Assembly (NCBI RefSeq): GCF_058153355.1
Contig: NZ_CM177019.1
Strand: one strand, 5' to 3'
Length of the DNA: 64,000 bases
Shown: positions 38,849 to 50,068 of the stretch, piece after piece
Position numbering within the stretch: the first letter of the stretch is position 1
Layout: each line of letters starts with the position of its first letter
Notes under the pieces: generated by a model
The model's database searches: none
The model's input: the letters and a program-made list of their open reading frames with translations, nothing else
Told to the model about the DNA's origin: nothing
Translations under genes and position numbers: made by a program

Positions 38849-41800
38849 TTACTGCGCCTGCACGCGCAACTCTGCTGCGCTACGACTACGGTGACCCAGC
38901 AGTGCTTTTACATCACTGGACTTCGGTTTAACCAGCGCGAATTTCGTGGCGAAGGTTGACCAGTTCGCCAGAATCTCTTCACCGCGCTGGGAACCGGTAT
39001 GCTGCACATGCTCGGTGATAAGACCACGCAGATGCTCTTCATGGATCGCCAAATCGTCAACGCTTAAGACCTCGACCAGTTCCGGGTTAACGCGTTTGCG
39101 GAAATCGCCGCTTTCATCGAGAACGTAAGCGAAGCCGCCGGTCATGCCCGCGCCGAAGTTAACGCCGGTTTTACCCAGAATACAGACAATACCGCCCGTC
39201 ATATATTCACAGCCGTTGTCGCCAATGCCTTCTACCACGGTGATAGCACCGGAGTTCCGCACGCCGAAACGTTCACCCGCGCGGCCTGCGGCATACAGAC
39301 GACCACCGGTCGCGCCATACAGGCAGGTGTTGCCGATAATGCTTGCTTCATGGCTGCGGAAGGCGGAACCAACCGGAGGACGAATGGCGATTAAGCCGCC
39401 CGCCATGCCTTTACCGACATAGTCGTTGGCATCACCGGTCAGGTACAGTTCCACGCCGCCCGCGTTCCACACACCGAAGCTCTGGCCTGCGGTGCCGTTG
39501 AAGTACGCTTTGATCGGATCGGCTGCCAGACCCTGATCGCCGTGCGTCTGAGCGATATAGCCTGAAAGCGACGCGCCGACAGAACGGTCGGTGTTGCGAA
39601 TATCGAACCAGAAGGTTTTGCTCTGACGCTCATCGACAAACGGTTTTGCCTGTTGCAGCAACTGCGCGTTCAGCAGGCCATTATCAAACGGCGGGTTGTT
39701 TTCGGTACAGTAGAGCGCCTTACCTGGATGCGGCTCGGCAGTCTCCAGCAGCTTCGACAGCGCCAGTTTCTGCTGTTTGGCGGTGAAACCGTCCAGCTCT
39801 TTGAGCAGGTCGGTACGGCCAATCAGATCCACCAGGCGCGTTACGCCCAGTTGCGCCATCAGCTCGCGGGTTTCACGGGCGATAAACTCAAAGTAATTGG
39901 TCACTTTGAACGGCAGGCCGTGATAGTGATTCTTACGCAGCTTGTCATCCTGAGTTGCTACACCGGTGGCGCAGTTGTTCAGATGGCAGATTCGCAGGTA
40001 TTTACAGCCGAGCGCCACCATCGGGCCAGTGCCGAAGCCGAAGCTTTCTGCGCCGAGAATCGCCGCTTTGATGATATCGACACCTGTTTTCAGGCCGCCA
40101 TCGACCTGCAAACGGATCTTATGACGCAAGCCGTTGGCAACCAGCGCCTGTTGTGTTTCAACAAGCCCCAGTTCCCACGGGCAGCCTGCGTATTTCACCG
40201 ATGAAAGCGGACTTGCGCCGGTGCCGCCGTCATAGCCTGCGATGGTGATCAAGTCCGCATAAGCTTTCGCCACGCCAGTCGCGATGGTGCCAACGCCCGG
40301 TTCAGAAACCAGCTTCACGGAGATCATCGCTTTCGGGTTAACCTGCTTGAGGTCGAAAATGAGCTGCGCTAAGTCCTCGATAGAGTAGATATCATGGTGC
40401 GGCGGCGGAGAGATCAGCGTCACTCCGGGCACCGAATAGCGCAGTTTGGCGATGTAAGGAGTGACTTTATCGCCCGGCAACTGACCGCCTTCGCCCGGTT
40501 TCGCGCCCTGGGCGACTTTAATCTGAATGACGTCAGCATTGACCAGGTACGCCGGAGTAACGCCGAAGCGACCAGAAGCCACCTGCTTGATGCGCGACAC
40601 TTTGTTAGTGCCGTAGCGCGCCGGATCTTCACCACCTTCACCGGAGTTCGAGTTACCGCCGATGCTATTCATCGCTTCCGCCAGCGCCTCGTGGGCTTCC
40701 GGGCTTAACGCGCCGATAGACATCGCAGCGGTATCGAAGCGTTTAAACAGTTCGCTTGCCGGTTCAACATCGGCAATGTTGACTGCGTTTTCACCCGGCG
40801 TAATTGCCAGCAGATCGCGCAGCGTGGTTGCCGGACGCTCATTAACCAGCTTCGCGTATTCCTGATAGTCGCTGTACTCGCCGCTTTGTACCGCCTGTTG
40901 CAGTGTGCGCACGACGTCCGGGTTGTAGGCGTGGTATTCGCCACCGTGCACGTATTTCAGCAAGCCGCCCTGGCTGATGGGCTTACGCGCCAGCCAGGCA
41001 CGTTTCGACAGATTCAGCAGATCCTGCTGGAAGTCTTCAAAGCTTGCCCCACCAATGCGGCTAACCGCGCCCTGGAAGCACAGGCCCACTACATCATCGT
41101 GCAGACCGACCGCTTCAAACAGTTTCGAGCCGCGGTAAGACGCGATGGTGGAGATGCCCATTTTGGACATGATTTTGTACAAGCCTTTGTTGATGCCGTT
41201 ACGGTAGTTGAGCATCACGGTACGATAATCTTTGGCAATCGCGTGGGTGTCTACCAGGCGGCCCAGCGTTTCATAGGCCAGGTACGGATAAATAGCCGTC
41301 GCGCCGAAGCCCAGCAACACGGCGAAGTGGTGCGGGTCGCGGGCGCTGGCGGTTTCGACGATGATATTGGCATCGCAACGCAGGCTTTGATCGACCAGAC
41401 GAGTCTGGATCGCGCCAACCGCCATCAGAGCCGGAACCGGCAGGCGATCTTTAGCGATATTCCGGTCAGAAAGCACCAGCAGCACGGTGCCGCTACGCAC
41501 CATCTGCTCTGCTTTGTCGCACAGCTCTTTGACCGTCGCTTCGAGCGTGGTTTTAGTGACGTCAAAGGTGATATCCAGCGTATTTGCGCGGTAGTGCTCC
41601 TCTTTCATCGTCGTGAGCTGTTTGAAATCGGAGTAGAGCAGAATCGGCGATTTAAAGCTTAAACGGTGCGCCTGGCCTTCTGCTTCACAGAAGACGTTCA
41701 TTTCACGCCCGATGCTGGTGGCGAGCGACATAACATGCGCTTCACGTAGCGGGTCGATTGGCGGGTTAGTGACCTGCGCAAACTGCTGGCGGAAGTAGTC

Positions 41801-43309
41801 GTAAATAATGCGCGGCTGGCTGGAGAGCACGGCGAATGGGGTATCATCGCCCATCGAACCGACGGCTTCCTGACCGTTTTCACCCAGTACGCGAATTACG
41901 GAGTCCAGCTCTTCCGCGCTGTAGTTAAACTGTTTCTGGTAGCTGGCAAGTGTGTCGTCGTCCAGTTCGCGGCTACCCACTTCTTCATCGGGCAGATCTT
42001 CAAACGGTACCAGACGGCGGACGTTTTTCTCCATCCACTCTTTATATGGATGGCGGCTTTTCAGATCGTCATCGGTTTCTGCCGAGTGCAGAATACGCCC
42101 ACTGCGGGTGTCGATAACCATTAGTTCGCCTGGCCCCACGCGGCCTTTTTCGACTACTTCGTCAGGCTGATAATCCCAGATACCGACTTCAGAGGCGCAG
42201 GTGATGAGCTTATCTTTGGTGATGACGTAGCGCGCCGGACGCAGACCGTTACGGTCGAGGTTACAGGCAGCAAAACGACCATCGGACATTACGATGCCCG
42301 CCGGGCCATCCCACGGCTCCATATGCATGGAGTTAAAGTCGAAGAACGCGCGCAGCTCCGGGTCCATATCCGGGTTGTTCTGCCAGGCGGGTGGCACTAA
42401 CAGACGCATGGCGCGGATGATATCCATCCCGCCCGCCAGCAGCAGTTCCAGCATGTTATCCATGGAACTGGAGTCAGAGCCGGTTTCGTTGACGAACGGC
42501 GCGGCGTCGTGCAGGTCAGGGATCAGCGGTGTCTGGAATTTATAGGTACGCGCTCGCGCCCATTGGCGGTTACCGGTGATGGTGTTGATTTCACCGTTAT
42601 GCGCCAGGTAGCGGAACGGCTGCGCCAGCGGCCAGCGCGGTACGGTATTAGTGGAGAAGCGCTGGTGGAACAGGCAGATGGCCGATTCCAGACGCAGGTC
42701 CGCGAGGTCCAGGTAGAAGCGCGGCAGATCCGCCGGCATACACAGACCTTTATAGATGTTCACCAGATTCGACAGGCTACAGACGTAGAAGTCTTTGTCA
42801 GCTTCGAGACGCTTTTCAATACGGCGGCGGGCGATAAACAGACGGCGCTCCATATCGCGCGGACGCCAACCTGCCGGGGCGTTCACAAAAATTTGCTCAA
42901 TGCGTGGCAGAGAGGAGAGGGCGATTTCACCCAGCACGCCTTCGTTAGTGGGGACATCACGCCAGCCGACAATCGACAACGTTTCGCGTTGCAGCTCTTC
43001 TTCAACGATGCGGCGTGCGGTCGCGGCGAGTTCAGGATCTTTATTCAGGAAAAGCATCCCGACGGCGTAGTTTTTCGCTAAACGCCAGCCTCGCTCCTGC
43101 GCAACAATGCGAAAAAAGCGATCCGGTTTTTGTAACAGCAAGCCGCAACCGTCACCGGTTTTACCATCGGCGAGAATCGCGCCACGGTGCTGCATGCGGG
43201 CCAGTGCGTGTATTGCAGTACGCACTACCTTGTGGCTAGGTTCGCCTTCTATGTGGGCGATCAGGCCGAAACCACAGTTATCCCTCTCAAGGGATTTATC
43301 GTACAACAT
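38849..43309 (-). CDS. gltB: Glutamate synthase (NADPH) large subunit
   Basis: ORF 38849..43417 trimmed to the ATG at 43309 ([22 protein letters not shown], where the Ntn-amidotransferase Cys follows a short propeptide), giving 1486 aa. The upstream in-frame 36 codons are treated as leader. Confidence 0.93.
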   Translation of the reverse strand: MLYDKSLERDNCGFGLIAHIEGEPSHKVVRTAIHALARMQHRGAILADGKTGDGCGLLLQKPDRFFRIVAQERGWRLAKNYAVGMLFLNKDPELAATARRIVEEELQRETLSIVGWRDVPTNEGVLGEIALSSLPRIEQIFVNAPAGWRPRDMERRLFIARRRIEKRLEADKDFYVCSLSNLVNIYKGLCMPADLPRFYLDLADLRLESAICLFHQRFSTNTVPRWPLAQPFRYLAHNGEINTITGNRQWARARTYKFQTPLIPDLHDAAPFVNETGSDSSSMDNMLELLLAGGMDIIRAMRLLVPPAWQNNPDMDPELRAFFDFNSMHMEPWDGPAGIVMSDGRFAACNLDRNGLRPARYVITKDKLITCASEVGIWDYQPDEVVEKGRVGPGELMVIDTRSGRILHSAETDDDLKSRHPYKEWMEKNVRRLVPFEDLPDEEVGSRELDDDTLASYQKQFNYSAEELDSVIRVLGENGQEAVGSMGDDTPFAVLSSQPRIIYDYFRQQFAQVTNPPIDPLREAHVMSLATSIGREMNVFCEAEGQAHRLSFKSPILLYSDFKQLTTMKEEHYRANTLDITFDVTKTTLEATVKELCDKAEQMVRSGTVLLVLSDRNIAKDRLPVPALMAVGAIQTRLVDQSLRCDANIIVETASARDPHHFAVLLGFGATAIYPYLAYETLGRLVDTHAIAKDYRTVMLNYRNGINKGLYKIMSKMGISTIASYRGSKLFEAVGLHDDVVGLCFQGAVSRIGGASFEDFQQDLLNLSKRAWLARKPISQGGLLKYVHGGEYHAYNPDVVRTLQQAVQSGEYSDYQEYAKLVNERPATTLRDLLAITPGENAVNIADVEPASELFKRFDTAAMSIGALSPEAHEALAEAMNSIGGNSNSGEGGEDPARYGTNKVSRIKQVASGRFGVTPAYLVNADVIQIKVAQGAKPGEGGQLPGDKVTPYIAKLRYSVPGVTLISPPPHHDIYSIEDLAQLIFDLKQVNPKAMISVKLVSEPGVGTIATGVAKAYADLITIAGYDGGTGASPLSSVKYAGCPWELGLVETQQALVANGLRHKIRLQVDGGLKTGVDIIKAAILGAESFGFGTGPMVALGCKYLRICHLNNCATGVATQDDKLRKNHYHGLPFKVTNYFEFIARETRELMAQLGVTRLVDLIGRTDLLKELDGFTAKQQKLALSKLLETAEPHPGKALYCTENNPPFDNGLLNAQLLQQAKPFVDERQSKTFWFDIRNTDRSVGASLSGYIAQTHGDQGLAADPIKAYFNGTAGQSFGVWNAGGVELYLTGDANDYVGKGMAGGLIAIRPPVGSAFRSHEASIIGNTCLYGATGGRLYAAGRAGERFGVRNSGAITVVEGIGDNGCEYMTGGIVCILGKTGVNFGAGMTGGFAYVLDESGDFRKRVNPELVEVLSVDDLAIHEEHLRGLITEHVQHTGSQRGEEILANWSTFATKFALVKPKSSDVKALLGHRSRSAAELRVQAQ

Positions 43310-43984
43310 ATCGTGAACCTCCCCCAGGCTCTGCGGGAACCCCACTTCCGAACCGCTGCGCACGGGCACAGAAAGAGCGTGGCGACGGGGTTTGCGTTTC
43401 ATACGCGCGCCTCGCATTCGCCCCCTTGTTGTCCTTTTCGCATCGATTAATACGGTGAAGAGGGGATCTCAATTACTGCATAAATATGATGAGCAGGCTG
43501 CTCATCCAGAAAGCTTCCAGCGGATTTCCAACTTATCGGGAAAGCTGATACAGGTCAAATGGCAAGCTTATTGGTACAGAAATGTGCTTTAGCGCAAAAT
43601 TCTTTATTAATTTATTGAAATTAAAAAGGATTTGTTAATTAAGTTGAAAAGAGGCGTCGTTAGGGAAACAGTCAATTCCTGACTGTCATAAAGGCGTGTT
43701 AACCCTTATCCTGCCTTGAACTGACGAGAAAGGCAGTATTTTATACTGCATTAATTGGTAATGACGTTTCATGCTACTGTTTTTTGCCTAAAATCCATAA
43801 GGAGATAAAAAAATCTGACACAAGATAAGCAAAAGTGATTTATGTGATTATGCATGAAATTTCGGTAATTTTGATTGATTATGCAATTGATAAAAGCAGG
43901 CTGGGACGATTGATCCAGGTCATCGCCGAATTGAGCTAAAAATGGCAGGCTTTGGCCTCTTTTCAAGGCGCGGTCTATCAGATT

Positions 43985-44914
43985 ATGCAGTTACAGAAAT
44001 TAGTCAATATGTTTGGTGGTGATCTCACCCGTCGTTATGGGCAAAAGGTGCATAAGCTGACGCTGCACGGCGGTTTTAGCTGCCCTAACCGTGACGGTAC
44101 CATCGGGCGTGGTGGCTGCACATTCTGTAATGTTGCCTCGTTTGCCGATGAAGCGCAGCAGCATCATTCCATTGCCGAGCAACTGGCGCACCAGGCGAAT
44201 TTAGTTAACCGCGCTAAACGCTATCTGGCCTACTTTCAGGCGTATACCAGCACCTTTGCGGAAGTTCAGGTGCTGCGTTCTATGTATCAGCAGGCGGTGA
44301 GCCAGGCCAATATTGTCGGTTTGTGTGTTGGTACCCGCCCGGACTGCGTGCCGGATGCGGTGCTGGATCTGCTTTGCGAATATAAGGACCAGGGCTACGA
44401 AGTGTGGCTGGAGCTGGGGCTACAAACCGCCCACGACAAAACGCTGCATCGCATCAATCGCGGTCATGATTTTGCCTGCTATCAGCGCACGACGCAGCTG
44501 GCGCGTGAGCGCGGGCTGAAGGTGTGTTCTCACTTAATTGTCGGCCTGCCTGGCGAAGGGCAGGCTGAATGTTTGCAAACGCTGGAGCGAGTGGTTGAAA
44601 CCGGCGTGGACGGCATAAAGCTGCATCCGCTACATATAGTAAAAGGCAGCATTATGGCGAAAGCCTGGGAAGCGGGGCGTTTGAACGGTATTGAACTGGA
44701 CGATTACACGCTCACTGCCGGAGAAATGATTCGCCATACGCCACCGGAAGTGATCTACCACCGCATTTCCGCCAGCGCCCGTCGCCCGACGCTGCTTGCT
44801 CCGCTGTGGTGCGAAAATCGATGGACGGGAATGGTCGAGCTGGATCGCTATCTGAATGAACATGGCGTACAGGGATCGGCGCTGGGACGTCCGTGGCTAC
44901 CTCCAACGGCGTAG
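43985..44914 (+). CDS. yhcC: Radical SAM protein YhcC (TIGR01212 family)
   Basis: ORF 43952..44914 trimmed to the ATG at 43985 (MQLQKLVNMFGG), giving 309 aa. A Cys cluster CPNRDGTIGRGGCTFC is present. Confidence 0.88.
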   Translation: MQLQKLVNMFGGDLTRRYGQKVHKLTLHGGFSCPNRDGTIGRGGCTFCNVASFADEAQQHHSIAEQLAHQANLVNRAKRYLAYFQAYTSTFAEVQVLRSMYQQAVSQANIVGLCVGTRPDCVPDAVLDLLCEYKDQGYEVWLELGLQTAHDKTLHRINRGHDFACYQRTTQLARERGLKVCSHLIVGLPGEGQAECLQTLERVVETGVDGIKLHPLHIVKGSIMAKAWEAGRLNGIELDDYTLTAGEMIRHTPPEVIYHRISASARRPTLLAPLWCENRWTGMVELDRYLNEHGVQGSALGRPWLPPTA

Positions 44915-45009
44915 GCCATTGAGGGGAATTCCGCATTTCTCACACAATTTATAACGTAACTGTCAGAATTGGGTATTATTGGGGCAGGTTGTCGTGAAGG
45001 AATTCCCTA

Positions 45010-47346
45010 ATGAAGCAAATTCGTCTGCTGGCGCAGTATTATGTTGACCTGATGATGAAGTTAGGTCTGGTGCGCTTCTCAATGTTGCTGGCGCTGGCCC
45101 TCGTCGTTCTTGCCATTGTGGTACAAATGGCAGTGACCATGGTGCTGCATGGTCAGGTCGAAAGCATTGATGTTATTCGTTCTATCTTCTTTGGTTTGCT
45201 GATTACGCCGTGGGCGGTCTACTTTCTATCGGTGGTCGTTGAGCAATTGGAGGAGTCACGACAACGTCTGTCACGGCTGGTGCAAAAACTGGAGGAGATG
45301 CGCGAGCGCGATTTGAGCCTCAACGTTCAGTTAAAAGATAATATTGCCCAGCTAAATCAGGAAATTGCCGTTCGTGAAAAAGCGGAAGCAGAACTGCAGG
45401 AAACCTTCGGCCAACTGAAAATTGAAATTAAAGAGCGCGAAGAGACACAAATTCAGCTCGAGCAGCAATCCTCATTCTTACGTTCCTTCCTTGATGCTTC
45501 ACCCGACCTGGTTTTTTATCGTAACGAAGATAAAGAGTTTTCCGGCTGTAACCGCGCGATGGAGCTGCTGACCGGAAAAAGCGAAAAACAACTGGTTCAT
45601 TTAAAACCTGCTGATGTTTACTCGCCGGAAGCTGCCGCGAAAGTTATTGAAACCGATGAAAAAGTATTTCGTCATAATGTGTCTCTGACCTATGAACAGT
45701 GGTTGGATTATCCCGACGGACGCAAAGCCTGCTTTGAAATCCGTAAAGTGCCGTACTATGACCGCGTGGGTAAACGTCACGGTTTAATGGGTTTTGGTCG
45801 CGACATTACCGAGCGTAAGCGGTATCAGGATGCGCTTGAACGCGCCAGCCGCGACAAAACGACGTTTATCTCCACCATCAGTCACGAATTGCGTACACCG
45901 CTGAACGGTATCGTCGGCCTGAGCCGCATTTTGCTGGATACTGAACTTACCGCTGAGCAGGAAAAATATCTCAAAACAATCCATGTTTCGGCCGTCACGC
46001 TGGGGAATATCTTCAACGATATTATTGACATGGATAAGATGGAGCGGCGCAAGGTCCAGCTTGATAATCAGCCAGTTGATTTCACCAGCTTCCTTGCCGA
46101 TCTGGAAAATCTCTCCGCATTGCAGGCGCAACAGAAAGGGTTGCGCTTTAATCTGGAACCGACGCTGCCATTACCGCATCAGGTCATTACTGATGGGACG
46201 CGTTTACGGCAGATCCTGTGGAACCTCATCAGTAACGCCGTCAAATTTACCCAGCAGGGCCAGGTTACCGTGCGCGTGCGCTACGATGAAGGCGATATGC
46301 TGCATTTTGAAGTGGAAGACTCTGGTATCGGCATTCCGCAGGATGAGCTGGATAAAATCTTCGCCATGTATTACCAGGTGAAAGACAGTCATGGCGGTAA
46401 ACCTGCCACTGGCACCGGTATTGGTCTGGCCGTTTCTCGTCGTCTGGCGAAAAATATGGGCGGCGATATTACGGTTACCAGCGAACAGGGCAAAGGTTCA
46501 ACCTTTACGTTGACGATCCACGCACCGTCGGTAGCAGAAGAGGTTGATGATGCGTTTGATGAAGACGATATGCCTTTACCGGCGCTGAATGTGCTGCTGG
46601 TGGAAGACATTGAACTGAACGTGATTGTCGCACGCTCTGTGCTGGAAAAATTAGGTAACAGCGTTGATGTCGCCATGACCGGCAAGGCGGCGCTGGAGAT
46701 GTTTAAACCGGGCGAATACGACCTGGTGTTGCTGGATATTCAGTTGCCAGATATGACCGGGCTGGATATCTCTCGTGAACTGACGAAGCGTTATCCGCGC
46801 GAGGATTTACCGCCGCTGGTGGCCTTAACCGCTAACGTGCTGAAAGACAAACAAGAGTACCTCAATGCTGGAATGGATGATGTGCTGAGTAAGCCGCTTT
46901 CTGTTCCGGCGCTAACCGCGATGATCAAGAAATTCTGGGATACCCAGGATGATGAGGAGAGTACGGTGACGACAGAAGAGAACAGTAAATCAGAAGCATT
47001 GCTCGATATTCCCATGCTGGAACAGTATCTCGAACTTGTAGGACCGAAGCTGATCACCGATGGGTTAGCGGTGTTTGAGAAGATGATGCCGGGATATGTC
47101 AGCGTGCTGGAGTCGAATCTGACGGCGCAGGATAAAAAAGGCATTGTTGAGGAAGGACATAAAATTAAAGGTGCGGCGGGGTCAGTGGGGTTACGCCATC
47201 TGCAACAGCTGGGTCAGCAAATTCAGTCTCCTGACCTTCCAGCCTGGGAAGATAACGTCGGTGAATGGATTGAAGAGATGAAAGAAGAGTGGCGTCACGA
47301 CGTAGAAGTACTGAAAGCGTGGGTGGCAAAAGCTACTAAAAAATGA
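45010..47346 (+). CDS. arcB: Tripartite hybrid sensor kinase ArcB
   Basis: 778-aa ORF with two TM segments, a PAS domain, the H-box SHELRTPLN, a receiver domain (DLVLLDIQLPDMTG) and a C-terminal HPt domain (HKIKGAAGSVG). Confidence 0.96.
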   Translation: MKQIRLLAQYYVDLMMKLGLVRFSMLLALALVVLAIVVQMAVTMVLHGQVESIDVIRSIFFGLLITPWAVYFLSVVVEQLEESRQRLSRLVQKLEEMRERDLSLNVQLKDNIAQLNQEIAVREKAEAELQETFGQLKIEIKEREETQIQLEQQSSFLRSFLDASPDLVFYRNEDKEFSGCNRAMELLTGKSEKQLVHLKPADVYSPEAAAKVIETDEKVFRHNVSLTYEQWLDYPDGRKACFEIRKVPYYDRVGKRHGLMGFGRDITERKRYQDALERASRDKTTFISTISHELRTPLNGIVGLSRILLDTELTAEQEKYLKTIHVSAVTLGNIFNDIIDMDKMERRKVQLDNQPVDFTSFLADLENLSALQAQQKGLRFNLEPTLPLPHQVITDGTRLRQILWNLISNAVKFTQQGQVTVRVRYDEGDMLHFEVEDSGIGIPQDELDKIFAMYYQVKDSHGGKPATGTGIGLAVSRRLAKNMGGDITVTSEQGKGSTFTLTIHAPSVAEEVDDAFDEDDMPLPALNVLLVEDIELNVIVARSVLEKLGNSVDVAMTGKAALEMFKPGEYDLVLLDIQLPDMTGLDISRELTKRYPREDLPPLVALTANVLKDKQEYLNAGMDDVLSKPLSVPALTAMIKKFWDTQDDEESTVTTEENSKSEALLDIPMLEQYLELVGPKLITDGLAVFEKMMPGYVSVLESNLTAQDKKGIVEEGHKIKGAAGSVGLRHLQQLGQQIQSPDLPAWEDNVGEWIEEMKEEWRHDVEVLKAWVAKATKK

Positions 47347-47458
47347 CCCCGGCTAGACCGGGGTGCGCGAATACTGCGCCAACACCAGGGAAATCTTGGC
47401 TGCGCCGTAAATTATTATGATGAGTTACAAGGGCACAGCACTGTTTTTCAGGCCGCAC
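47338..47458 (-). ncRNA. arcZ: Hfq-dependent sRNA ArcZ (SraH/RyhA)
   Basis: The minus strand reads GTGCGGCCTGAAAAACAGTGCTGTGCCCTTGTAACTCATCATAATAATTTACGGCGCAGCCAAGATTTCCCTGGTGTTGGCGCAGTATTCGCGCACCCCGGTCTAGCCGGGGTCATTTTTT. This matches the ArcZ sequence as I recall it, including the terminator CCCCGG-TCTA-CCGGGG plus U-run. It is convergent with arcB and overlaps its stop codon. Confidence 0.9.
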
Positions 47459-47575
47459 GCAGTTAAGATAGCAAAACTTAAATGATTTGTTACATGAATC
47501 AGTTAAATGTGTGATGCGTAGCATTTTTATTAAAAAAATTAATGTGTTTCAGTCAATTGCGAAAGGATGATCACA

Positions 47576-48229
47576 ATGAAGAAAATTGGCGTAATTCTGA
47601 GCGGATGCGGCGTCTATGACGGTTCTGAAATTCATGAAGCGGTGTTGACGTTGTTAGCTATTTCACGCAGCGGTGCGCAGGCGGTCTGCTTTGCACCGGA
47701 TAAGCAGCAGGTTGATGTTATCAACCATTTAACTGGCGAAGCGATGACGGAAACGCGCAATGTGCTGATTGAAGCGGCACGAATAACGCGCGGTGAAATC
47801 CGTCCTCTGGCTCAGGCCGATGCCGCTGAACTGGATGCGTTGATTGTGCCGGGGGGGTTTGGCGCGGCGAAGAATTTAAGCAATTTTGCCAGTCTTGGTA
47901 GCGAATGCACCGTTGACCGTGAATTAAAGGCGCTGGCACAAGCGATGCATCAGGCCGGAAAACCGCTTGGTTTTATGTGTATTGCCCCGGCGATGCTGCC
48001 GAAAATTTTCGATTTCCCGCTGCGTTTGACCATCGGTACTGATATCGATACCGCAGAAGTGCTGGAAGAGATGGGCGCGGAGCATGTGCCGTGTCCTGTC
48101 GATGATATCGTGGTTGATGAAGACAATAAGATTGTCACCACCCCGGCATATATGCTTGCGCAGAACATTGCAGAAGCGGCGAGCGGCATTGATAAGCTGG
48201 TTTCCCGCGTGCTGGTTCTGACTGAATGA
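47576..48229 (+). CDS. elbB: DJ-1/PfpI-superfamily protein ElbB (glyoxalase III-like)
   Basis: ORF 47567..48229 trimmed to the ATG at 47576 ([21 protein letters not shown]), giving 217 aa. Confidence 0.9.
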   Translation: MKKIGVILSGCGVYDGSEIHEAVLTLLAISRSGAQAVCFAPDKQQVDVINHLTGEAMTETRNVLIEAARITRGEIRPLAQADAAELDALIVPGGFGAAKNLSNFASLGSECTVDRELKALAQAMHQAGKPLGFMCIAPAMLPKIFDFPLRLTIGTDIDTAEVLEEMGAEHVPCPVDDIVVDEDNKIVTTPAYMLAQNIAEAASGIDKLVSRVLVLTE

Positions 48230-48954
48230 GTAAAAGCCGCTTAACGGTGTTTAGTTTCGTTCGCCGTTTTCTTCTACGGTTAATGGTTGTCCTCGCCATT
48301 TTCTGGGGCGGGGGCATCGCGTTGTTTAGCGTTGCGCCTGTTCCTTTCTCAGCGGTAATGGCCGAGCGACAAGTCAGCGCCTGGCTGCATGGCAATTTTC
48401 GTTACGTGGCACATTCTGACTGGGTCAGTATGGATCAAATCTCGCCGTGGATGGGACTGGCGGTGATTGCCGCAGAAGATCAGAAGTTTCCTGAGCACTG
48501 GGGCTTTGATGTCGCTTCCATTGAGCAAGCCCTGGCGCACAACGAGCGCAATGAAAACCGTATTCGCGGCGCATCAACGATTTCTCAGCAAACAGCCAAA
48601 AATCTCTTTTTATGGGATGGACGTAGCTGGGTACGAAAAGGGTTGGAAGCCGGATTAACGCTGGGGATAGAAACAGTCTGGAGCAAAAAGCGTATCCTGA
48701 CGGTTTACCTGAATATCGCCGAATTTGGCGACGGTGTGTTTGGCGTCGAAGCTGCGGCACAACGTTATTTCCACAAACCCGCGAGCAAACTTACCCGGTC
48801 GGAAGCTGCGTTACTGGCTGCCGTATTACCTAATCCACTGCGTTTCAAAGTCTCCGCGCCATCGGGCTATGTGCGTAGCCGTCAGGCGTGGATTTTACGG
48901 CAGATGTATCAGTTAGGCGGTGAGTCGTTTATGCAACAACACCAGCTGAATTAA
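48226..48954 (+). CDS. mtgA: Monofunctional peptidoglycan glycosyltransferase (GT51)
   Basis: 242-aa ORF with the GT51 motif [13 protein letters not shown] and an N-terminal TM segment. There is an ATGA overlap with elbB. Confidence 0.93.
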   Translation: MSKSRLTVFSFVRRFLLRLMVVLAIFWGGGIALFSVAPVPFSAVMAERQVSAWLHGNFRYVAHSDWVSMDQISPWMGLAVIAAEDQKFPEHWGFDVASIEQALAHNERNENRIRGASTISQQTAKNLFLWDGRSWVRKGLEAGLTLGIETVWSKKRILTVYLNIAEFGDGVFGVEAAAQRYFHKPASKLTRSEAALLAAVLPNPLRFKVSAPSGYVRSRQAWILRQMYQLGGESFMQQHQLN

Positions 48955-49583
48955 GCTTCGCGCGAAGTGAGGGCCAGCGTTTTGCTCTCACGTGGTTGCA
49001 GATCTTTCTGTAGGGCAATAGCCAGTGCCGGCTGGGCGATAAACCGTTTCCATAACCGCTCTTGCTTTCGCTGACAACACCACTTTGACCAGGTCGCCAG
49101 TGGAATCAACGTGCTTTCACCAATGTTGTCGCAGACGACGGGGATAACCTCTGACTCACTGATGCGGTGACAGAGGATATTCTGCGGCTTCAACGACATC
49201 GTCACGATATGGTTATCCTGCAAATAACGTTTCAGCTGTTTCAGTAACTGGCGCAGCTGTGCAACGTCTTCTTCGTAACGGCATTGTTCTGCAAATTCGG
49301 TCAGCGTAACGGAGGGCTTACCGTCGAAATCGGCAATCACATCGTAGACATAACCCGTTCCGCAATCCGTCTCCACGGTACCGTGATAGCGCGGTATTCC
49401 ACTCCAGTCTTTTAACCGGCGACCAAGATGCGCGTAATACTTTAACTCACGGCGGATCTCTTTATCACCACCATCACCACGGTGGTAGACAATCTTGATA
49501 CAGCGTTGGGCATCTTCCGGATGCGCATAACATTTCCGATGTCTTCCGGTGCCCAAGGGATTTTGTTCAGATAAGCGAATCAT
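48951..49583 (-). CDS. yrbL: PhoP-regulated kinase-fold-like protein YrbL
   Basis: ORF 48951..49640 trimmed to the ATG at 49583 ([24 protein letters not shown]), giving 210 aa. It contains the kinase-like strings [13 protein letters not shown] and CDNIGE. Confidence 0.85.
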   Translation of the reverse strand: MIRLSEQNPLGTGRHRKCYAHPEDAQRCIKIVYHRGDGGDKEIRRELKYYAHLGRRLKDWSGIPRYHGTVETDCGTGYVYDVIADFDGKPSVTLTEFAEQCRYEEDVAQLRQLLKQLKRYLQDNHIVTMSLKPQNILCHRISESEVIPVVCDNIGESTLIPLATWSKWCCQRKQERLWKRFIAQPALAIALQKDLQPRESKTLALTSREA

Positions 49584-49632
49584 ACCATCTCTTGGAAATA
49601 TTTTCTGACGATCTCCAGTATGGTCGAATAAC

Positions 49633-49650
49633 TTAAACAAAACCTAAACA
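49633..49650 (-). promoter_or_regulatory. PhoP box (direct repeat TGTTTA-N5-TGTTTA) of the yrbL promoter
   Basis: The minus strand reads TGTTTAGGTTTTGTTTAA, about 50 nt upstream of the yrbL ATG. It matches the (T/G)GTTTA-N5-(T/G)GTTTA consensus, and yrbL is a known PhoP-activated gene. Confidence 0.7.
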
Positions 49651-49795
49651 ATGCCTCTTAAGGTTTTCTTAAGGTTCTTCTGAAAGTGAAAAGCGCACAA
49701 AATGTACAATTTCCGTCATTAATAACGATTTCAGTACGCGCTTTTTTTATTGTCGGGGGGAGCTTGAAGGGATTTGTATGTCAAAGTGATGAAAA

Positions 49796-50068
49796 TTAAT
49801 CTTCATCAAAACCAGAGTTAAAGAGGGCGATAACGGCGGCCAGTGCTTCCTCTTCCTGTGGACCGGTCGCTTCGACTTCAATCTGCCGTCCTTTGGCAGA
49901 ATCCAGCATCAGCAGCGCAATAACGCTGTTGGCTTCAGCTTCAGTGCCTTCATCGTTACGTAACAGCACTTCAGCGTCAAAACCCTGCATTAATTCAAAC
50001 AGCTTCATTGCAGGCCGGGCATGCATGCCCAGCTTGTTTGTGATTTCAACAGTTTGCTTGACGGTCAT
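49796..50068 (-). CDS. ptsO: Nitrogen-PTS phosphocarrier NPr
   Basis: 90-aa HPr-like ORF with the active-site His in LGMHARPA. Confidence 0.93.

Noticed and set aside
43310-43417. In-frame 36-codon upstream extension of gltB (track ORF of 1522 aa)
   Set aside because: The Ntn-amidotransferase catalytic Cys must be exposed near the N-terminus. The ATG at 43309 ([12 protein letters not shown]...) gives the 1486-aa protein I recall. The upstream codons are basic, low-complexity leader sequence, so this is treated as 5' UTR.
43418-43984. AT-rich 570-bp gltB/yhcC divergent spacer with two small ORFs (43392..43592 +, 43769..43966 -)
   Set aside because: The region has the character of the known long gltB regulatory region, with architectural-protein binding by Lrp and IHF as I recall. 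The small ORFs have no RBS, are AT-biased and have implausible sequences.
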